Below are positions 24,562-35,684 of a DNA stretch of 64,000 nt, one piece after another; position 1 is the first letter of the stretch; each line of letters begins with the position of its first letter. The DNA is from Acidimicrobiaceae bacterium. Lineage in GTDB: Bacteria; Actinomycetota; Acidimicrobiia; Acidimicrobiales; Aldehydirespiratoraceae. The DNA lies in the NCBI GenBank assembly GCA_009837445.1, contig VXTM01000021.1, positions 118,767-182,766 of the forward strand, given 5' to 3'. The notes beneath the pieces are model-generated. The model made no database searches, was not told the DNA's origin, and was given only the letters and a program-made list of their open reading frames with translations. The position numbers and the translations under genes are program-made.

Positions 24562-24693
24562 AGAGGCCGAGCCGGTGGGCCGCACCCAGTCGGAACGTCG
24601 CGAGGCCCACGGGCCCGAGCGGCCCGTGAGCGCAGCGAAGGTGAGCGGGATGCGGGCCCGAGCGGCCCGTGAGCGCAGCGAACAAGAGCGGGA
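24562..24693 (+). repeat. Dispersed repeat, copy 2 (dop-pup intergenic) with an internal 43-nt tandem duplication
   Basis: The head AGAGGCCGAGCCGG starts at 24562. The core GGGCCCGAGCGGCCCGTGAGCGCAGCGAA occurs at 24611 and again at 24654. The copy ends ...AACAAGAGCGGGA, 2 nt before the dop stop. Confidence 0.85.
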
Positions 24694-24695
24694 GA

Positions 24696-26213
24696 CTACG
24701 CGCCTGCGGAGCCCAAGCGTCGCAGCAGCTCCATCGCGGAGCCGCACTCGTCGAACATGTCGCCCACGTGTGCGACCGTTCCCCGGGCCGGCTCGGTCAT
24801 GGAGACCCGCCGCAGGGAGCCCTCGCCCACATCGAACACGATCGAGTCCCAGTTGGCCGCCACCACCTCGGCCGCGAACTTCTGCAGGCAGCGGCCCCGG
24901 AAGTAGGCCCGGGTGTCGGGCGGGGGCTCGGTCATGGCCCGGACGGCGGCGGCCTCGTCCACCAGAGTCTCCAGCCCGGCCCGGGCGGCCAGGGACCGGT
25001 CCGGGCGCAGATCGTGGTACTGGATGTCGAGGGCCCGCAGCCGGACGTCCTGGAAGTCGAGGCTGTGGCGGTCCCGGAAGCCCTCCAGGAGCCTGAGCTT
25101 GGCCACCCAGTCGATCTGACCGGCCAGCCCGGCCGGGCCGCGTTCCAGGCCGCCGAGCACGTCCTCCCACCGGGCCAGCACCTGGTGGGCCACCTCGCCG
25201 CCGGCCGCGTCGGCTCCCCGCTGCTCCACATAGGTGCGGGCCGCGGCCAGCAGCTCCCACTGCACGCCGAGAGCGGTGATGGTGGTGCCGTCGGCGAGCT
25301 CCAGCGGTTGGCGCAACTGCAGGTCGCGGCTCACCTGGCGCAGCGCGGCCACCGGCGCGGCGAACCGGAACTCGCGGGGCATTGCGTCGTCCTCGGTGAG
25401 GGCCATCACCAGCGCGGTCGTGCCGACCTTGAGGAAGGTCGCCACCTGCGACATGTTGGCGTCCCCGACGATCACGTGCAGGCGCCGGTACTTGGCCGCG
25501 TCGGCGTGGGGCTCGTCGCGGGTGTTCACGATGGGACGCTTGAGGGTCGTCTCCAGGCCGACCTCCTCCTCGATGAAGTCGGCCCGCTGGGAGATCTGGT
25601 AGCCGGCCTCGTCCAGGCGCATGCCGGAGGTCTCGCTGCCCATCTTGCCGGCACCGCAGAAGATCTGGCGGGTCACGAAGTGCGCGGTGGCGTGAGTGAC
25701 GATGCGGGAGAACGGCACGGCCCGGCTCACCAGGTAGTTCTCGTGGCAGCCGTAGCTGTTGCCCTTGCCGTCGGAGTTGTTCTTGTAGACCACGATCTCC
25801 TCGCCCGGTGGCAGCAGCATCCGGGCCGCCTCCATCGAGCGGGCCGCGATCAGCTCGGCAGCCCGGTCGTAGACGACCACCGAGCGGGCGTCGGCGCACT
25901 CGGGGGTGGACAACTCGGGATGGGCGTGGTCGACGTAGTAGCGGGCGCCGTTGGTGAGCACCGCGTTCACCAGGTGGGTCTCGATCTCGGGAGCGAGCGA
26001 CCCCGCCGGCGCGCCGCCGCGGGCGTCGTTGCCGGGGGTCTCGTCGGTGAAATCCCAGCCCACCGCGGCCCGGCCCGGCTCCGGCGCGTGACCGTGGGCG
26101 ATCAGGTAGGCGTTGATAAGCAGCGACGAGGCCGAGATGGGGTTGGGCTCGGAGGCTCCCCGGTGGACGATGCCGTACTCGGTCTCGAGCCCGAGCATCT
26201 TGGGGACAGCCAT
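24696..26213 (-). CDS. dop: Depupylase/deamidase Dop
   Basis: N-terminus MAVPKMLGLETEYGIV. It is a PafA paralogue of 505 aa located next to pup. Confidence 0.9.
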   Translation of the reverse strand: MAVPKMLGLETEYGIVHRGASEPNPISASSLLINAYLIAHGHAPEPGRAAVGWDFTDETPGNDARGGAPAGSLAPEIETHLVNAVLTNGARYYVDHAHPELSTPECADARSVVVYDRAAELIAARSMEAARMLLPPGEEIVVYKNNSDGKGNSYGCHENYLVSRAVPFSRIVTHATAHFVTRQIFCGAGKMGSETSGMRLDEAGYQISQRADFIEEEVGLETTLKRPIVNTRDEPHADAAKYRRLHVIVGDANMSQVATFLKVGTTALVMALTEDDAMPREFRFAAPVAALRQVSRDLQLRQPLELADGTTITALGVQWELLAAARTYVEQRGADAAGGEVAHQVLARWEDVLGGLERGPAGLAGQIDWVAKLRLLEGFRDRHSLDFQDVRLRALDIQYHDLRPDRSLAARAGLETLVDEAAAVRAMTEPPPDTRAYFRGRCLQKFAAEVVAANWDSIVFDVGEGSLRRVSMTEPARGTVAHVGDMFDECGSAMELLRRLGSAGA

Positions 26214-26259
26214 GGCGCCCGACGCTACCGGGCCTCGCCGGGCCTGCTGGAGGCGGGGG

Positions 26260-27039
<780 letters not shown>

Positions 27040-27079
27040 GGCTTGATCCCCCTGCGGTGTGTGTCGTCTGGCGGCACGG

Positions 27080-29227
27080 CTAGCGCTCCCCTACTCCTAG
27101 CCGCTTCTCGAGGCGCTGGCTGTGCTTGGACATGTTGTAGGCGAATATCCAGTAGATGAACGAGGCAAACAGCAGGCCCTCCCGCTTGACGCCGAGGAAC
27201 TCCGACTGGGCAGAGATGACCTTGTCGGCGATCCGCAGGAAGTCGAAGATCCCGACGACGGCCAGCAGCGAGGTCTCCTTGAACGTGGCGATGACCTGGC
27301 CCACCAGCGGCGGTATCGACACCCTGAGGGACTGCGGCAGCACGATGAACAGGGTGCGTTGCACGGTGGTGAGCCCGACCGCGTCGGAGGCCTCGTACTG
27401 GCCCTGGCGGACGGCCTGGAGGCCGCCCCGGACGTTCTCGGCCAAGTAGGCGGCCGAGAACAGCGCGAAGCCGATGGTGGCCCCGGCGATGTCGGTCAAG
27501 GACATGTTGTCGGGGAGGAACAAGTTGAAGATCAGCGTGAAGAAGAACAGGATCGTGATCAGGGGCACGCCCCGGAACACCTCGATGTAGGCGGTGGACA
27601 GCACCCGGAAGATCGGCAGCTTGGACGTGCGGGCCAATGCCAGCAGCACCCCCAGCGGGAAGGCTGCCAGCAGCGTGAACACGGCCACGATGAGGGTGAT
27701 GCCGAAGCCGCCGATCAGGGCGTCGGTGGGCGTCTCGACGGTGGAAGGCGAGTTCACCAGCGTAACCAGCCAGTGAAAGACGGCCATGATCGCCACCCAG
27801 GCGGCCACCAGTCTCAACCGCTGGGTGCGGTCGCCGGCGAAGTTGTGGGCCAGCAGGGCGACCACCGCCAGCAGAAGGAAGCTGATCCGCGCCTTCTGCA
27901 GCATCGGGTACCAGCCGAAGTATGCGGCCACCCAGTTGAGCACGGCCACCCCGACCAGCACCACCGCCATGATCCGGCCGGCCTCGCCGATGCGGGGGTG
28001 GGTCAGGTACCAGACCACGAGGCCCCCGAAGACGGCGAAGAACACCGCCATCGGGATGTCGGTGGACAGAACGTGGTCCCAGTCGAGGTCGGGGTCGCGC
28101 AGCACCGCCCAGTACAGGACGAACGGGGTCATCACCCAGAGCAGGTTCAGCGGCACCCGCAGCCTCGAAACCGCCCCCGCCGTGCTCAGCGCCCGCCCCA
28201 ACAGGAAGGTGCCAACCAGCAGGGCCCACATGACCGTCCAGGGCAGCTTGGTGGTCATCGCCACCGTACTGCCGGGCTCGGAGATGAACTCGCCCTCCAG
28301 GAAGGCGTAGTGCCCCCACGGGTATAGCCACGCCGACAGCACCATGATCCCGGCGCCGGCGAAGAACACGTGGATGGCCGGCACGAAGGTGTTGCGGCGT
28401 CGGGCGTCACCCAGCCCGAACCACAGCGCCGCGCCCGAGCCGGCGAGCACGACCGCGCCCAGCCACCACCAGGCCCGGTCCGCCATGGCGTCGGCGAACG
28501 ACTCCCGGACGATCTCGCCGGTCGCGTACTGCTGCACGATCAGCACCCCGACGCTCGCCAGCATCAGCACGCCGTGAGCGACCCTCGGCTCCGGCCCGTC
28601 GCGCAGGTAGGTGCCCTGGAGGTGGAACCACGCCGCGAGGGCGACGTTGGCCAGCACCAGCACGCCGAGCACGGCCAGAGCGTTGGCGTCCAGCCAGCCG
28701 ACGAAGGAGTCGCCGACCGCGGCGGCGGGGTCGCCGTGCAGGGCCATGCCCTCGTCGTCGACCATCGCCGAGGGCTCGCGCAGCAGGATCCCCAGCCCGA
28801 TCACGCCCCCTGTGCCCATCAGGTTCATCGACAGCTTCTTCAACGAGATGCCGGCGCCGGTTCGAGCCAGCAGCCCCACCGACAGACCCGACATCACCGC
28901 GATGGCGCCGACGCAGACCCAGATGCGGATGTACTGCTCCTGGGGGTAGGCGTGGGTGAACAGGAACCGCATGTTGGTCTTGACGGCTCGCCAGGTCCGC
29001 TCCTCGCTGAACGTGAAGTTGAGCAGGCCGCGCACCGCCAGCAGCACCAGCAGCGTGAAGACGACGGTGAGCACCGAGTTGACCGCGGAGGAGAACAGGT
29101 TCTTGCTCAACCACTCCCCCGCCGACAGGCTCGGCTCCTCGGGCTTCCGGGCAGGCTCTTGCTCGCCGGCCCACGCCTCCGCCGGGTCTACGACCGTTGC
29201 AGCCGGATCGCCCATCGGCGCCGTCAT
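27080..29227 (-). CDS. Amino-acid ABC transporter permease (AapM/HisM-type core) with a very long N-terminal polytopic extension (715 aa)
   Basis: The C-terminal ~230 aa carry the His/Glu/Gln/Arg-opine permease signature region ([33 protein letters not shown]). The N-terminal ~480 aa are strongly hydrophobic. Confidence 0.8.
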   Translation of the reverse strand: MTAPMGDPAATVVDPAEAWAGEQEPARKPEEPSLSAGEWLSKNLFSSAVNSVLTVVFTLLVLLAVRGLLNFTFSEERTWRAVKTNMRFLFTHAYPQEQYIRIWVCVGAIAVMSGLSVGLLARTGAGISLKKLSMNLMGTGGVIGLGILLREPSAMVDDEGMALHGDPAAAVGDSFVGWLDANALAVLGVLVLANVALAAWFHLQGTYLRDGPEPRVAHGVLMLASVGVLIVQQYATGEIVRESFADAMADRAWWWLGAVVLAGSGAALWFGLGDARRRNTFVPAIHVFFAGAGIMVLSAWLYPWGHYAFLEGEFISEPGSTVAMTTKLPWTVMWALLVGTFLLGRALSTAGAVSRLRVPLNLLWVMTPFVLYWAVLRDPDLDWDHVLSTDIPMAVFFAVFGGLVVWYLTHPRIGEAGRIMAVVLVGVAVLNWVAAYFGWYPMLQKARISFLLLAVVALLAHNFAGDRTQRLRLVAAWVAIMAVFHWLVTLVNSPSTVETPTDALIGGFGITLIVAVFTLLAAFPLGVLLALARTSKLPIFRVLSTAYIEVFRGVPLITILFFFTLIFNLFLPDNMSLTDIAGATIGFALFSAAYLAENVRGGLQAVRQGQYEASDAVGLTTVQRTLFIVLPQSLRVSIPPLVGQVIATFKETSLLAVVGIFDFLRIADKVISAQSEFLGVKREGLLFASFIYWIFAYNMSKHSQRLEKRLGVGER

Positions 29228-29245
29228 CTCAGTGCTCCAGGCATC

Positions 29246-30781
29246 TCAGCGCTCCACGATCTTCATTCGGATGTTGAAGAAGTTCACGATCACCGAGATC
29301 GTCAGCGAGCAGGCCAGATAGAACAGCATCCACAGGGAGATCACTTCGAGCGTCTTGCCGGTCTGGTTGTAGACGATCTGGCCCACCTGGACAAAGTCGC
29401 TGTAGCCCACCGCGATGGCCAGGGAGGTGTTCTTGGTGAGGTTCAGGTACTGGTTGCCCAGCGGCGGGAGAATCACCCGGAAGGCCTGGGGAAGGATGAC
29501 GCGGCGCAGCATGGTCACCCGCCGCAGGCCCACGGCCAGAGCGGCCTCGGTCTGGCCCTTGGGCACGGCCAGGATCCCGCCCCGCACGATCTCGGCGATG
29601 AACGACGCGGTGTAGAGCACGACACCGAAGAACACCGCGGTGCCCCCCTGGGTGAGGTTCAGACCGGCCGGGCCGGGGTTGGGGAAATTGCCGATCTGCT
29701 CGACGTCGGGGGCCTTGATGTCCATGGGTCTGCCGGTGCGGCCGTCCCCGAACTTGTTGGCGATCACCTCGAGCAGGTCGGTGCCGGAGTTGATGATCCA
29801 GCTCGACAGGCCGGGCCAGCCCACCAGCACGAACGCGATTACCGCCAGCGCGCCCACCCCGGCGAAGATGATCCGGAACTTGTCGTCGTCGGTGAGCTTC
29901 ATGAGCCCCGCCGGCGTGCGGCGCCGGGCCAGGAAGCGGCGGATCCACCATGCGGCCGCCGCTAGGGCGGCCAGCGACAGCACCACTTGCACGATCACCG
30001 GCGTCAAGGAGGAGAACCCGTCGCCGATGAAGTCGAAGATGGCGCCCACCCAGCCGAAGATCGGATGCGCCACCCAGCCCACGGCGCCGAACAGCGCCAG
30101 CACCCCGACGAAGCTGGCCACCGGGTAGGTCTCCTGGCCGGTGGCGTCGTGGCGCCGGTCCTGGCGGCGCTTGACCCACCAGCCGACCAGCACGCCCGCT
30201 GCGATGAAGATGAGCCACTGGTAGAAGCCGTCATCGATGTGCAGACGTGGTACAGACACTCCCTTGTTGGAGAGGTGCAGGACGCCGTTGATGGGCCCCT
30301 GGTCCAGTTCCACGTTGGGAAGGGTGGCGACCAGCGCCCAGATGAAGATGATCTGAACCAGCAGCGGGATGTTGCGGGCCGTCTCGATGAAGATGCTGCA
30401 GATACGGTTGACGATCCAGTTGCTCGACAGCCGCCCGACGCCGACGAGCACCCCGAGGATGGTGGCCGCGATTATCCCGCCCACCGCGATGCGAATGGTG
30501 TTGACCGCTCCGGCCCACAGCGCCCGGCCGGCGGTGTCGGGGTCGGTGTCGATGCCCTCCCGGAGGTCGCTCCCCAGGCCGATGCCCAGGAAGTCGTACT
30601 TGATCTCGATCCCCTGGCGGTTGAGGTTCTCAAGGGCCTGGGTGGTCAGGAAGAAGAGCGCGAACACAACCAGCAGGAGCGTGAACACCTGAGCCAGCCA
30701 CTTGACGACGGTGGCGTCGCGGTAGAAGGGCGGACGCCCCGACTGGGTCGCAGCCAGCGTGGTCTGGTCAGTGTTGGACAC
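29246..30781 (-). CDS. Amino-acid ABC transporter permease (AapQ-type), 511 aa
   Basis: Segments IFIETARNIPLLVQIIFIW and AVGLRRVTMLRRVILPQAFRVILPPLGNQYLNLTKNTSLA (EAA-loop region). GTG start. Confidence 0.8.
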   Translation of the reverse strand: MSNTDQTTLAATQSGRPPFYRDATVVKWLAQVFTLLLVVFALFFLTTQALENLNRQGIEIKYDFLGIGLGSDLREGIDTDPDTAGRALWAGAVNTIRIAVGGIIAATILGVLVGVGRLSSNWIVNRICSIFIETARNIPLLVQIIFIWALVATLPNVELDQGPINGVLHLSNKGVSVPRLHIDDGFYQWLIFIAAGVLVGWWVKRRQDRRHDATGQETYPVASFVGVLALFGAVGWVAHPIFGWVGAIFDFIGDGFSSLTPVIVQVVLSLAALAAAAWWIRRFLARRRTPAGLMKLTDDDKFRIIFAGVGALAVIAFVLVGWPGLSSWIINSGTDLLEVIANKFGDGRTGRPMDIKAPDVEQIGNFPNPGPAGLNLTQGGTAVFFGVVLYTASFIAEIVRGGILAVPKGQTEAALAVGLRRVTMLRRVILPQAFRVILPPLGNQYLNLTKNTSLAIAVGYSDFVQVGQIVYNQTGKTLEVISLWMLFYLACSLTISVIVNFFNIRMKIVER

Positions 30782-30833
30782 GCCTGGGCGCCTCCAAGGC
30801 GGTCGGTGGCGGATAGGTGGCTACAACGGCAAC

Positions 30834-30863
30834 GGGGGTCCGGGACTGCTGTCCCGGACCCCC
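30834..30863 (-). terminator. Perfect 13-bp-stem hairpin between the binding-protein gene and the permease genes (intercistronic attenuator/stabiliser or terminator)
   Basis: GGGGGTCCGGGAC-tgct-GTCCCGGACCCCC. On the transcribed strand it is followed by GUUGCCGUUG, which is only a weak U-tract. Confidence 0.5.
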
Positions 30864-30913
30864 GTCAACCTAGACGAGAATGTTCGCTAAGTGAAGCCTT
30901 TGACGTGTCCGGT

Positions 30914-32083
30914 CTAGCGGGCCGGAGGTGCGTAGATCAGGCCGCCGTCGAGCCATCCGGCGTTGGCCGAGCCCTCGCGGGTCAGGCCGACCGGGTTCAG
31001 GTGGCGGGCGTAGATCTCGTCGTAGTTACCGACCTGGGCGATCACCTGGTAGAAGGCGTCGGGGGCCAGGCCCATGTTCGACTGCTGCTCATCGTCAGCT
31101 GCGCCGAGCAGGCGGGCCGCCTCTGCGTCGGGCGGGTTGGCCGCCATAGCGTCGACGTTGGCCGAGGTGATGCCCTTCTCATCGGCGATGATCGTGGCGT
31201 ACACGGTCCAGTTGACCACGTCCGCGAAGCGGGACTGGTTCTGACCGTAGGTCGGGCCCAGTGGCTCCTTGGAGATGGGCGTGGCCGGGAAGATCACCCA
31301 GTTCTCGCCGGCGGGCTGCTGGTTGGCCTTGCGGCCGACCAGGGCCGAGCCGTCGGTGGTGATGACGTCGCAGGCGCCGTTGATGAAGTTCTCGGTGACC
31401 TGGTCGAAGTCCTCGAACGTCGTGAGCTGAATCGAGATTCCGGCCGCATCGGCGGCATCGGCGATGTTCTGCTCGGTAGTCGTGCCGGCGTTGGTGCACA
31501 CCACCGCGCCCGCAATGTCGACCACCTGCGAGGCCCCCGAGAAGCCGGCGGACTCGCGCGCCATGAGCTGCTGGCCGTCGTAGTAGGTGGTCGGGCCGAA
31601 GTCCATGCCCACCTCGGTGTCACGGCTCTGCGTCCAAGTGGTGTTGCGCATCAGCACGTCCACCTCGCCCGTCTGCACCGCAGTGAACCGCTCAGCCGCG
31701 GTCAGCGGGGTGAACTCGACCGCGTTGGCATCGCCGAACAGCGCCGCGGCCACCGCACGGCAGTAGTCGGCGTCGAAGCCGGTCTGGGAGCCGTCGGGCT
31801 GGGTCTCAGAGAACGCCACCGCCGAACCGGACACGCCACAGTGCAGGTCGCCGCGGGCGAGGACCGTGTCGAGCAGGTCGCCTTCCTGGGTCACGATGAC
31901 CTCGTCGGCGGCAGTGGTTGTGGTCTCCTCCGGCGCCGCGGCCGTGGTCTCCGGAGCCGTAGTGTCTTCGGGCGCTGCTGTGGTGCCGGTGCCGTCTTCG
32001 TCGTCGCCGCAGGATGCAGCAATGAGCGTTACCGCGAGCATGACAGCGAGCACGCGCCAGACAAGAGCTTTCTTAAGAGTCAC
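30914..32083 (-). CDS. Amino-acid ABC transporter substrate-binding lipoprotein (AapJ-like), copy A
   Basis: GTG start with RBS GGAGGGAG. The signal/lipobox reads LAVTLIAASCG. It is about 75% identical by eye to the neighbouring copy B. Confidence 0.85.
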   Translation of the reverse strand: MTLKKALVWRVLAVMLAVTLIAASCGDDEDGTGTTAAPEDTTAPETTAAAPEETTTTAADEVIVTQEGDLLDTVLARGDLHCGVSGSAVAFSETQPDGSQTGFDADYCRAVAAALFGDANAVEFTPLTAAERFTAVQTGEVDVLMRNTTWTQSRDTEVGMDFGPTTYYDGQQLMARESAGFSGASQVVDIAGAVVCTNAGTTTEQNIADAADAAGISIQLTTFEDFDQVTENFINGACDVITTDGSALVGRKANQQPAGENWVIFPATPISKEPLGPTYGQNQSRFADVVNWTVYATIIADEKGITSANVDAMAANPPDAEAARLLGAADDEQQSNMGLAPDAFYQVIAQVGNYDEIYARHLNPVGLTREGSANAGWLDGGLIYAPPAR

Positions 32084-32121
32084 AGTCTCCCTCCGTGGGT
32101 GTGTGGTTGCGTGACGGTGCC

Positions 32122-32150
32122 ACAGTACTGACAGACCTGTCCGGTTTCAA
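32122..32150 (-). promoter_or_regulatory. Putative promoter for binding-protein gene A (TTGAAA-17 nt-TACTGT)
   Basis: The minus-strand hexamers lie at 32145-32150 (-35) and 32122-32127 (-10), about 39 nt upstream of the GTG at 32083. This is pattern match only. Confidence 0.3.
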
Positions 32151-32200
32151 GTGCTGGGTAGTCCTGAAAAAATATCTGATGATATGATCTTAAAGATTGT

Positions 32201-33358
32201 TCAACGCGCCGGTGGCGCATATATGAGGCCGCCGTCGCTCCAGCTTGCGTTGATCGAGCCGCGGGTCAGTCCCGCCGGCTCGAGGTGGCGGGCGAGGATC
32301 TCTCCGTAGTTGCCCACCTGCGAGACTGCCTGGTAGAAGGCGTCGGGAGCCAGGCCCATGGCTGACTGCAGCTCCCCCTCGCCGCCGAGCAGGCGGCGCG
32401 TCTCGGCGTCGGGCGGGCTGGCGACCATCTCGGCCACGTTGTCGGAGGTGATGCCCTTCTCGTCGGCGATGATCGTGGCGTAGACCGCCCAGTTGACCAC
32501 GTCACCGAAGCGGGACTGGTTCTGCTGGTACACGGGGACGAGGGGCTCCTTGGAGATCGGGGTGGCCGGGAAGATCACCCACTCCTCGTCGGCGGGCTGC
32601 TGCTTCGCCTTGCGCCCGGCCAGGGCCGAGCCGTCGGCCGTGGTCACATCGCAGGCGCCGGTGATGAAGTTATCGATGATCGTGTCGAAGTCCTCGAGCG
32701 TGGTGAGGGTGATGCCGATACCGGCGGCGTCGGCGGCGTCGGAGACGTTCTGCTCAGTCGTTGTCCCGGCCAGGGCGCACACCACCGCGCCGGCAATGTC
32801 GGCCACCTGCGACGAGGCGGAGAAGCCGTCGGACTCGCGGGCCATGAGCTGCTGGCCGTCGTAATAGATGACCGGACCGAAGTCCAGGCCCACCTCGGTG
32901 TCGCGGCTCTGGGTCCAGGTGGTGCTGCGAAAGAGCACGTCGATGTGGCCGGACTGCAGAGCCGCAAAGCGCTCTGCGGTGGTGAGCGAGACGAACTCCA
33001 CCGAGTCGGCGTCGCCGAAGATGGCCGCGGCGACGACTCGGCAGTAGTCGGCATCGATCCCGAAGACGCTGCCGTCTGGCTGGGTCTCCGAGAAGATCAC
33101 CCTGGTGCCGGAGACTCCACAGAGGAGCCTGCCTCGCGCTTGCACTGTCTGGAGGAGGTCAGCATCGCCCCGGTCGTCGACGGCATCGGCGGCCGTCGTA
33201 GAGGGTTGCTGGGCCTCCGACGCCGCCGCCGTTCCGGCCTCCGGCTCTCCGGTGAGCTCAATTCCTGCGGTGTCCTGCGGGTCGGGTTCTCCGCAGGCCG
33301 CCAAGGCAAGGGCGGCGGCCAACAAGGCTCCGAGCAGCCGAGACACTGTCAGGCTCAC
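32201..33358 (-). CDS. Amino-acid ABC transporter substrate-binding lipoprotein (AapJ-like), copy B
   Basis: I prefer the start GTG 33358 (VSLTVSRLLGALLAAALALAACG lipobox). The track start at 33406 lies inside repeat copy 3. Confidence 0.8.
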   Translation of the reverse strand: MSLTVSRLLGALLAAALALAACGEPDPQDTAGIELTGEPEAGTAAASEAQQPSTTAADAVDDRGDADLLQTVQARGRLLCGVSGTRVIFSETQPDGSVFGIDADYCRVVAAAIFGDADSVEFVSLTTAERFAALQSGHIDVLFRSTTWTQSRDTEVGLDFGPVIYYDGQQLMARESDGFSASSQVADIAGAVVCALAGTTTEQNVSDAADAAGIGITLTTLEDFDTIIDNFITGACDVTTADGSALAGRKAKQQPADEEWVIFPATPISKEPLVPVYQQNQSRFGDVVNWAVYATIIADEKGITSDNVAEMVASPPDAETRRLLGGEGELQSAMGLAPDAFYQAVSQVGNYGEILARHLEPAGLTRGSINASWSDGGLIYAPPAR

Positions 33359-33381
33359 GGCCGAACCGGCCGCAGCGTCTG

Positions 33382-33443
33382 TCCCGCTCTTGTTCGCTGC
33401 GCTCACGGGCCGCTCGGGCCACGGCCTCGCAAGCTAGGCCTCT
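33382..33443 (-). repeat. Dispersed repeat, copy 3 (truncated, arc stop / binding-protein B start intergenic)
   Basis: TCCCGCTCTTGTTCGCTGCGCTCACGGGCCGCTCGGGCCACGGCCTCGC followed by ...GGCCTCT. The CATAC-to-head middle part is missing. Confidence 0.75.
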
Positions 33444-35196
33444 AGAGGTACTGGCCGGTCTGCACCCGCTCGATCGAGCGCCCCCCGGAGGCTTCCTCTT
33501 CGTGGTCGCTCGACACCAGCGTGCGCACGAACACGATGCGCTCGCCCTTCTTGCCGGAGATGCGGGCCCAGTCGTCGGGGTTGGTGGTGTTGGGCAGGTC
33601 CTCGTGCTCCTTGAACTCCTGGCGCACCGAGGCCAGGAGGTCGGAGGTCACGATGCCGCGGGGGCCGCCGGAGATCTCCCGCTTGATGGCCAGCTTCTTG
33701 GCCCGCCGCACCACGTTCTCGATCATCGCCCCCGAGGCGAAGTCCCGGAAGTACATGACCTCCTTGTCCCCGTTGGAGTAGGTGACCTCCAGGAACTGGT
33801 TGGTGTCGGCCGGCCGGTACATGTCGTCCACCGTCTGCTCGATCATGCCGCGCACGGCCTTGTCGGAGTCGCCGCCCCCGACGGTGTCGACCATCTCGGC
33901 CGCGATCGGAAGGGAGGGCACCAGGTAGCGGGCGAAGATGGCCGCCGCGGCCTCGGCGTCGGGGCGTTCGATCTTGATCTTCACGTCGAGGCGACCAGGC
34001 CTCAGGATGGCGGGGTCGATGAGGTCCTCGCGGTTGGAGGCTCCGATCACGATCACGTTGCGCAGCGCCTCGACCCCGTCGATCTCGGCCAGCAGCTGGG
34101 GAACGATCGTCGACTCGATGTCGGAGCTGATCCCGGAGCCGCGGGTGCGGAACAGCGACTCCATCTCGTCGAAGAACACGATCACGGGCCAGCCCTGCTC
34201 GCTCTTCTCCCGGGCCCGCTGGAACACGAGGCGGATCTGGCGCTCGGTCTCGCCCACGTACTTGTTGAGCAACTCCGGGCCCTTGATGTTCAGGAAGAAG
34301 CTGCGGGCGTTGGCGTCTCCGGAGAGGTCCGAGACCTTCTTGGCCAGGCTGTTGGCCACCGCCTTGGCGATCAGGGTCTTGCCGCAGCCGGGCGGACCGT
34401 AGAGCAGCACTCCCTTGGGCGCGGGCAGGTCGTACTCGGCGAACAGGGCATGGTGGACGAACGGCAGCTCGACCGCGTCGGTGATCTGCTCGATCTGGGA
34501 GTCGAGCCCGCCGACGTCGTCGTAGCTGATGTCGGGCACTTCCTCGAGGATGAGGTCCTCCACCTCGGGGCGGGGCAGGCGCTCGATCACCAGGTCCCCC
34601 GAGGAGTCGATCAGCACGTTGTCGCCGCTCCGGATCGGTCCTGCGGCCACGGCCGCGCTCAGCTCAACCACCCGCTCCTCGTCGGCCCGTCCCAGCACCA
34701 GCGCGCGGTCGCCGCCGGGCAGCAACTCCTTCACCGTGGCCACCTCACCGGTGCGGTCGGGCCGGCGGGCCAGCACCACGCTGAACGACTCGTTGAGCGC
34801 GACTTCCTCCCCTGCGGACAGGTCCTCGGCCAGGTCGGGATGGACGGCCACCCGCATCTTGCGGCCGCCGGCTCGCACGTCGACGGTGCCGTCGTCGTTG
34901 CAGCCGAGGACGGTCCCGTAGCCGCTGGGCGGCTGGGTGAGCTTCTCCACCTCCTCGCGCAGCGAGCCGATGTGCTCGCGGGCGTCGCGCAGCATGGTGG
35001 TGAGCCGCTCATTCTGGGATACCGCCTGGGTCAGCCGGCCCTTGGTGTCGGCGAGGCGCTCCTCGAGCATGCGGACCCGCTTGGGCGCGTCGTGGAGCCG
35101 GCGGCGCAGGGAGGCGACCTCCCCTTCGAGCTCGGAGACGAGGCGGCGCAGGCGTTCAAGATCCTGCTTCGAGTTGTCGCTGCCGGTCTCGCTCAC
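33442..35196 (-). CDS. arc: Proteasome-associated AAA ATPase ARC/Mpa
   Basis: It has an N-terminal coiled coil, Walker A GPPGCGKT, Walker [11 protein letters not shown] and the C-terminal proteasome-docking motif GQYL. Confidence 0.92.
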   Translation of the reverse strand: MSETGSDNSKQDLERLRRLVSELEGEVASLRRRLHDAPKRVRMLEERLADTKGRLTQAVSQNERLTTMLRDAREHIGSLREEVEKLTQPPSGYGTVLGCNDDGTVDVRAGGRKMRVAVHPDLAEDLSAGEEVALNESFSVVLARRPDRTGEVATVKELLPGGDRALVLGRADEERVVELSAAVAAGPIRSGDNVLIDSSGDLVIERLPRPEVEDLILEEVPDISYDDVGGLDSQIEQITDAVELPFVHHALFAEYDLPAPKGVLLYGPPGCGKTLIAKAVANSLAKKVSDLSGDANARSFFLNIKGPELLNKYVGETERQIRLVFQRAREKSEQGWPVIVFFDEMESLFRTRGSGISSDIESTIVPQLLAEIDGVEALRNVIVIGASNREDLIDPAILRPGRLDVKIKIERPDAEAAAAIFARYLVPSLPIAAEMVDTVGGGDSDKAVRGMIEQTVDDMYRPADTNQFLEVTYSNGDKEVMYFRDFASGAMIENVVRRAKKLAIKREISGGPRGIVTSDLLASVRQEFKEHEDLPNTTNPDDWARISGKKGERIVFVRTLVSSDHEEEASGGRSIERVQTGQYL

Positions 35197-35413
35197 GGCT
35201 CACCTCCTCGCTGGTCGGATCGGGCTGGATTGACGACACCCTAGACGGCGCAGGCCCCTCGCGGTGCAAGGGGGTGGTTCGCGGTGTTGGCATTTTCGGC
35301 GGCGAGTTGGCAGGCTTGGGTCTCCAGCCCCGCTATGCTGTAGTAGCTGCCGCGAGCCGCGGGCGCTCCTGGCCCCGTTCATCAGCCCGCTGAAGAGAGG
35401 TTCCTCCAAGGAC

Positions 35414-35647
35414 ATGAAGGTCTGGATTGATCAGGATTTGTGTACGGGCGACGGCTTGTGCGAGGAGATCGCCCCCGACGTCTTCACCCTCCTCGACGAC
35501 GGCCTTGCCTATGTAGTGGAGGACGGCAACGTCTTCTCGGACCCCGGTGGCCCCGACGGGCTGGCCGCAGTGCCCGCAGGCCAGGAAGAAGCCGTGATCG
35601 AGTCCGCGGAAGAGTGCCCCGGGGAGTGCATCTTCATCGAGGTCTGA
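35414..35647 (+). CDS. Small ferredoxin (single-cluster, actinobacterial type)
   Basis: 77 aa. Motifs MKVWIDQDLCTGDGLCEEIAP...AEECPGECIFIE (CxxxxxC...CP). Confidence 0.75.
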   Translation: MKVWIDQDLCTGDGLCEEIAPDVFTLLDDGLAYVVEDGNVFSDPGGPDGLAAVPAGQEEAVIESAEECPGECIFIEV

Positions 35648-35684
35648 CCCGACCCCAGGTTGGACTCGCCGTAGCCGGCCCGAA

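Noticed and set aside
33359-33406. The track start codons at 33406 (binding protein B) and 58533 (PBP4).
   Set aside because: Both N-terminal extensions are translations of the dispersed repeat (MSAANKSG... and ...GWARRQPLG...). Downstream starts give proper signal peptides, so the extensions are treated as artefacts.
35197-35413. A possible SAM or cobalamin riboswitch upstream of the ferredoxin/MetE-like pair.
   Set aside because: No B12-box (GCCACUG-like) or SAM-I/SAM-IV core sequences are recognisable, only short generic GC hairpins.
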